A stretch of 64,000 nucleotides of DNA from Smithella sp. (GTDB lineage: Bacteria > Desulfobacterota > Syntrophia > Syntrophales > Smithellaceae), in NCBI GenBank assembly GCA_049523355.1, contig JBEKMY010000005.1, positions 28,148 through 92,147 of the forward strand, in the 5' to 3' direction. Numbering within the stretch: the first letter of the stretch is position 1; each line of letters begins with the position of its first letter. The position numbers were made by a program, and so were the translations under genes. Under the pieces are notes generated by a model. It was not told where the DNA came from. It saw only the letters and a program-made list of their open reading frames with translations, and did no database searches. Positions 62,430 through 64,000 of this stretch are shown here, piece after piece.

Positions 62430-63821
62430 TTAAATTTGTTCCAGACCCTGGCATCTCTGGATAAACTTTTTAGACTTTCTATCAAAACCGTCATCTTTCC
62501 ACAGTTCGGGATAATATTCTTCAAACCCAGCGGTGGGATTAACAGAGCAGGTCATCCAGCAGGACTGAGTCAGGGCCATGTAGCACTGCTGGCAACGGGA
62601 ACATTTCACAATGTCTTTTTCTCTTCCCGCTTTCACCTTGGCCGGCCAGAAGGGATCGGCGATGGCTTGTCTGCCGAGTGAAATAATATCCGTTTTCCCA
62701 CTTGAAATCGCCTTGGCCGCTAATTCAGGAGTAATCCAGTTGGGAGTGATAACCGGCAGACCTCCGGAAGCCTTCTTAAATCCAGGCGCCCATACAGTGA
62801 AGTCATCTTCGCCGTCCGGCGCAAAAGCCTTATTCGGGTTTTCGTAACAGCCCTGGGAGACGTTAAAGAAATTAGCCCCGGCATCTGTAAACAATTTCAC
62901 GAACTGGCATGCTTCTTCATGAGACAGCCCGCCCGGCATACATTCATCCCCGGAGAGCCGGCAGCCAAGCGCTTTGTCCGGACCAACCTGGGCTCTTACC
63001 CGTTCAATAATGTCGGTAACTACCCGGCCCCTGTTCTCAAGACTGCCGCCATACTTATCCAGCCGCTGGTTGCTTTTAGGCGACAGGAATGCATGCAACA
63101 GATAGCCGTGCGGCGTATGGAGTTCAACAGCGTCATAACCTAATCTGAACGCATTCACTATCTGTTCGACCATAACGTCGACCATCTGTTCGATTTCATG
63201 GATTTCCAGTTGTCTCGGGGTTTCACCGATAAGTGTATGCGACATTGAAGGCATTTTGGTGGCTACTTCCTTCCTCATCGTGTCAAAGAGCTGTGCATAT
63301 ACTTCATCAGGCATTTTCTGGAATTCAGAGTAATCCCCCAGTGCGTCGATAATATCCGGGGAAAGTTTCTTTAACTGCTTTAACCAACCCTTATTGAAAT
63401 TTCTTAAATCTACTCGCACCGGTACTGACGAGGGGCCAGCTGCAGAAATTGTGCAATCTTCAATATCAGGATGTCCTTGCCGACCCCAGCCCGGGCTGAT
63501 CTGGGCACAGATTTTTGTTTTGTGATAGCTATGAACGATTTCAGTTATCCTGCTATGGAAGCGGTGATATCGCTGATTGTGCATGGACAGAGGATTAAAA
63601 GTATCGCATCCTCTCCATCGATAAGGATTGGCGACAATGCATTCGGTAATAAGCAAGCCAAATCCACCTTTGGCACGGGTAGCATACCAGGCATAGGTTT
63701 GTTCACTGGGGAACCCATAAGGTCCCGTATAACCCATGTTCATCGGTGACATGGCAATCCTGTTCTTTAACTCCACATTTCCAATACTAATAGGCTCAAA
63801 TAAGGCATTAATACTCATCAT
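62430..63821 (-). CDS. Old-yellow-enzyme-family flavin oxidoreductase with a FadH-type Cys motif, lacking the FAD/NAD(P)H domain (OYE 2)
   Basis: Motifs are RIAMSPMN and HTPHGYLLHAFLSP, with the Cys motif CSRCQQCYMALTQSCWMTCSVNP. Length is 463 aa, and a GGAGGG RBS precedes the start. Confidence 0.8.
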   Translation of the reverse strand: MMSINALFEPISIGNVELKNRIAMSPMNMGYTGPYGFPSEQTYAWYATRAKGGFGLLITECIVANPYRWRGCDTFNPLSMHNQRYHRFHSRITEIVHSYHKTKICAQISPGWGRQGHPDIEDCTISAAGPSSVPVRVDLRNFNKGWLKQLKKLSPDIIDALGDYSEFQKMPDEVYAQLFDTMRKEVATKMPSMSHTLIGETPRQLEIHEIEQMVDVMVEQIVNAFRLGYDAVELHTPHGYLLHAFLSPKSNQRLDKYGGSLENRGRVVTDIIERVRAQVGPDKALGCRLSGDECMPGGLSHEEACQFVKLFTDAGANFFNVSQGCYENPNKAFAPDGEDDFTVWAPGFKKASGGLPVITPNWITPELAAKAISSGKTDIISLGRQAIADPFWPAKVKAGREKDIVKCSRCQQCYMALTQSCWMTCSVNPTAGFEEYYPELWKDDGFDRKSKKFIQRCQGLEQI

Positions 63822-63840
63822 TCACCCTCCCATTATTTAT

Positions 63841-63953
63841 TCCGAACTGTTTTTTCCCTTCTGATGACATAACGCATACTCCCCCTTTTATTTTTTTGGC
63901 GCATCATTACTGATCTCAAGCAGACTCACATCCCCAGCAGAATGTCGAAAAAC
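63841..63953. repeat. Copy 2 of the ~113-bp leader/gene-start repeat, upstream of OYE 2; it opens a 20-codon uORF overlapping the OYE 2 start
   Basis: uORF 63808..63870 (minus strand) reads MSSEGKKQFGINNGRVNDEY*. Its first 9 codons equal the OYE 1 N-terminus. Confidence 0.8.
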
Positions 63954-64000
63954 GCTAAACAAGCCGACTTTTTATGAAACACTTTTCTTGATCATTTTTT

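Overview
This gene-dense 64 kb chromosomal window looks like it comes from an anaerobic, sigma54-using Gram-negative bacterium. A Desulfobacterota-like origin is inferred from gene content only. All family calls come from motif recognition by eye; no database search was run.

Contents from left to right:
- The 3' two-thirds of a cyclic beta-1,2-glucan synthase-like gene.
- A housekeeping block: dnaB, rplI, a DUF2232 membrane protein, rpsR and rpsF. The dnaB reading frame is broken and a conserved motif block is missing.
- Genes for patatin, a DUF3795 protein, RadC, Lon, Hsp20, an acyl-CoA ligase, an MBL hydrolase and a Fur-family regulator, followed by a GAF-sigma54 enhancer-binding protein.
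- A 12 kb five-gene cell-surface locus (21.5-33.7 kb), the most unusual region. It encodes a lectin-headed DUF11 protein, a small DUF11 protein, two Thr/Ser/Gly-rich paralogues and a 2049-aa protein that combines Ig-like repeats, an internal OmpA-like domain and a huge C-terminal beta-barrel. Shared N- and C-terminal strand motifs suggest a head-to-tail assembled, outer-membrane-anchored fibre. No known pilus machinery is present.
- A ~170 bp regulatory module (upstream repeat block, near-consensus -24/-12 promoter, Fur-box-like palindrome) that occurs twice. One copy sits in front of the Fur-family gene. The other sits in a 1.35 kb AT-rich gap upstream of the surface locus, where it would drive a ~230 nt terminated transcript.
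- A TetR-controlled glycyl-radical enzyme with an N-terminal SCP2-like fusion, its activase and an SDR.
- A decayed tandem-domain gene, an MgtA-like ATPase with a downstream mini-ORF, and an ADP-forming acyl-CoA synthetase coupled to a Pta-N-terminal-only protein.
- A DUF3300/DUF2950 pair.
- A long minus-strand catabolic cluster: porin, CoA-transferase, three SDRs, an MBL hydrolase, two truncated FadH-type OYE reductases and an Isf-like flavoprotein. It carries duplicated gene-start/leader segments.

No rRNA, tRNA, CRISPR array, transposase or integrase was recognised.
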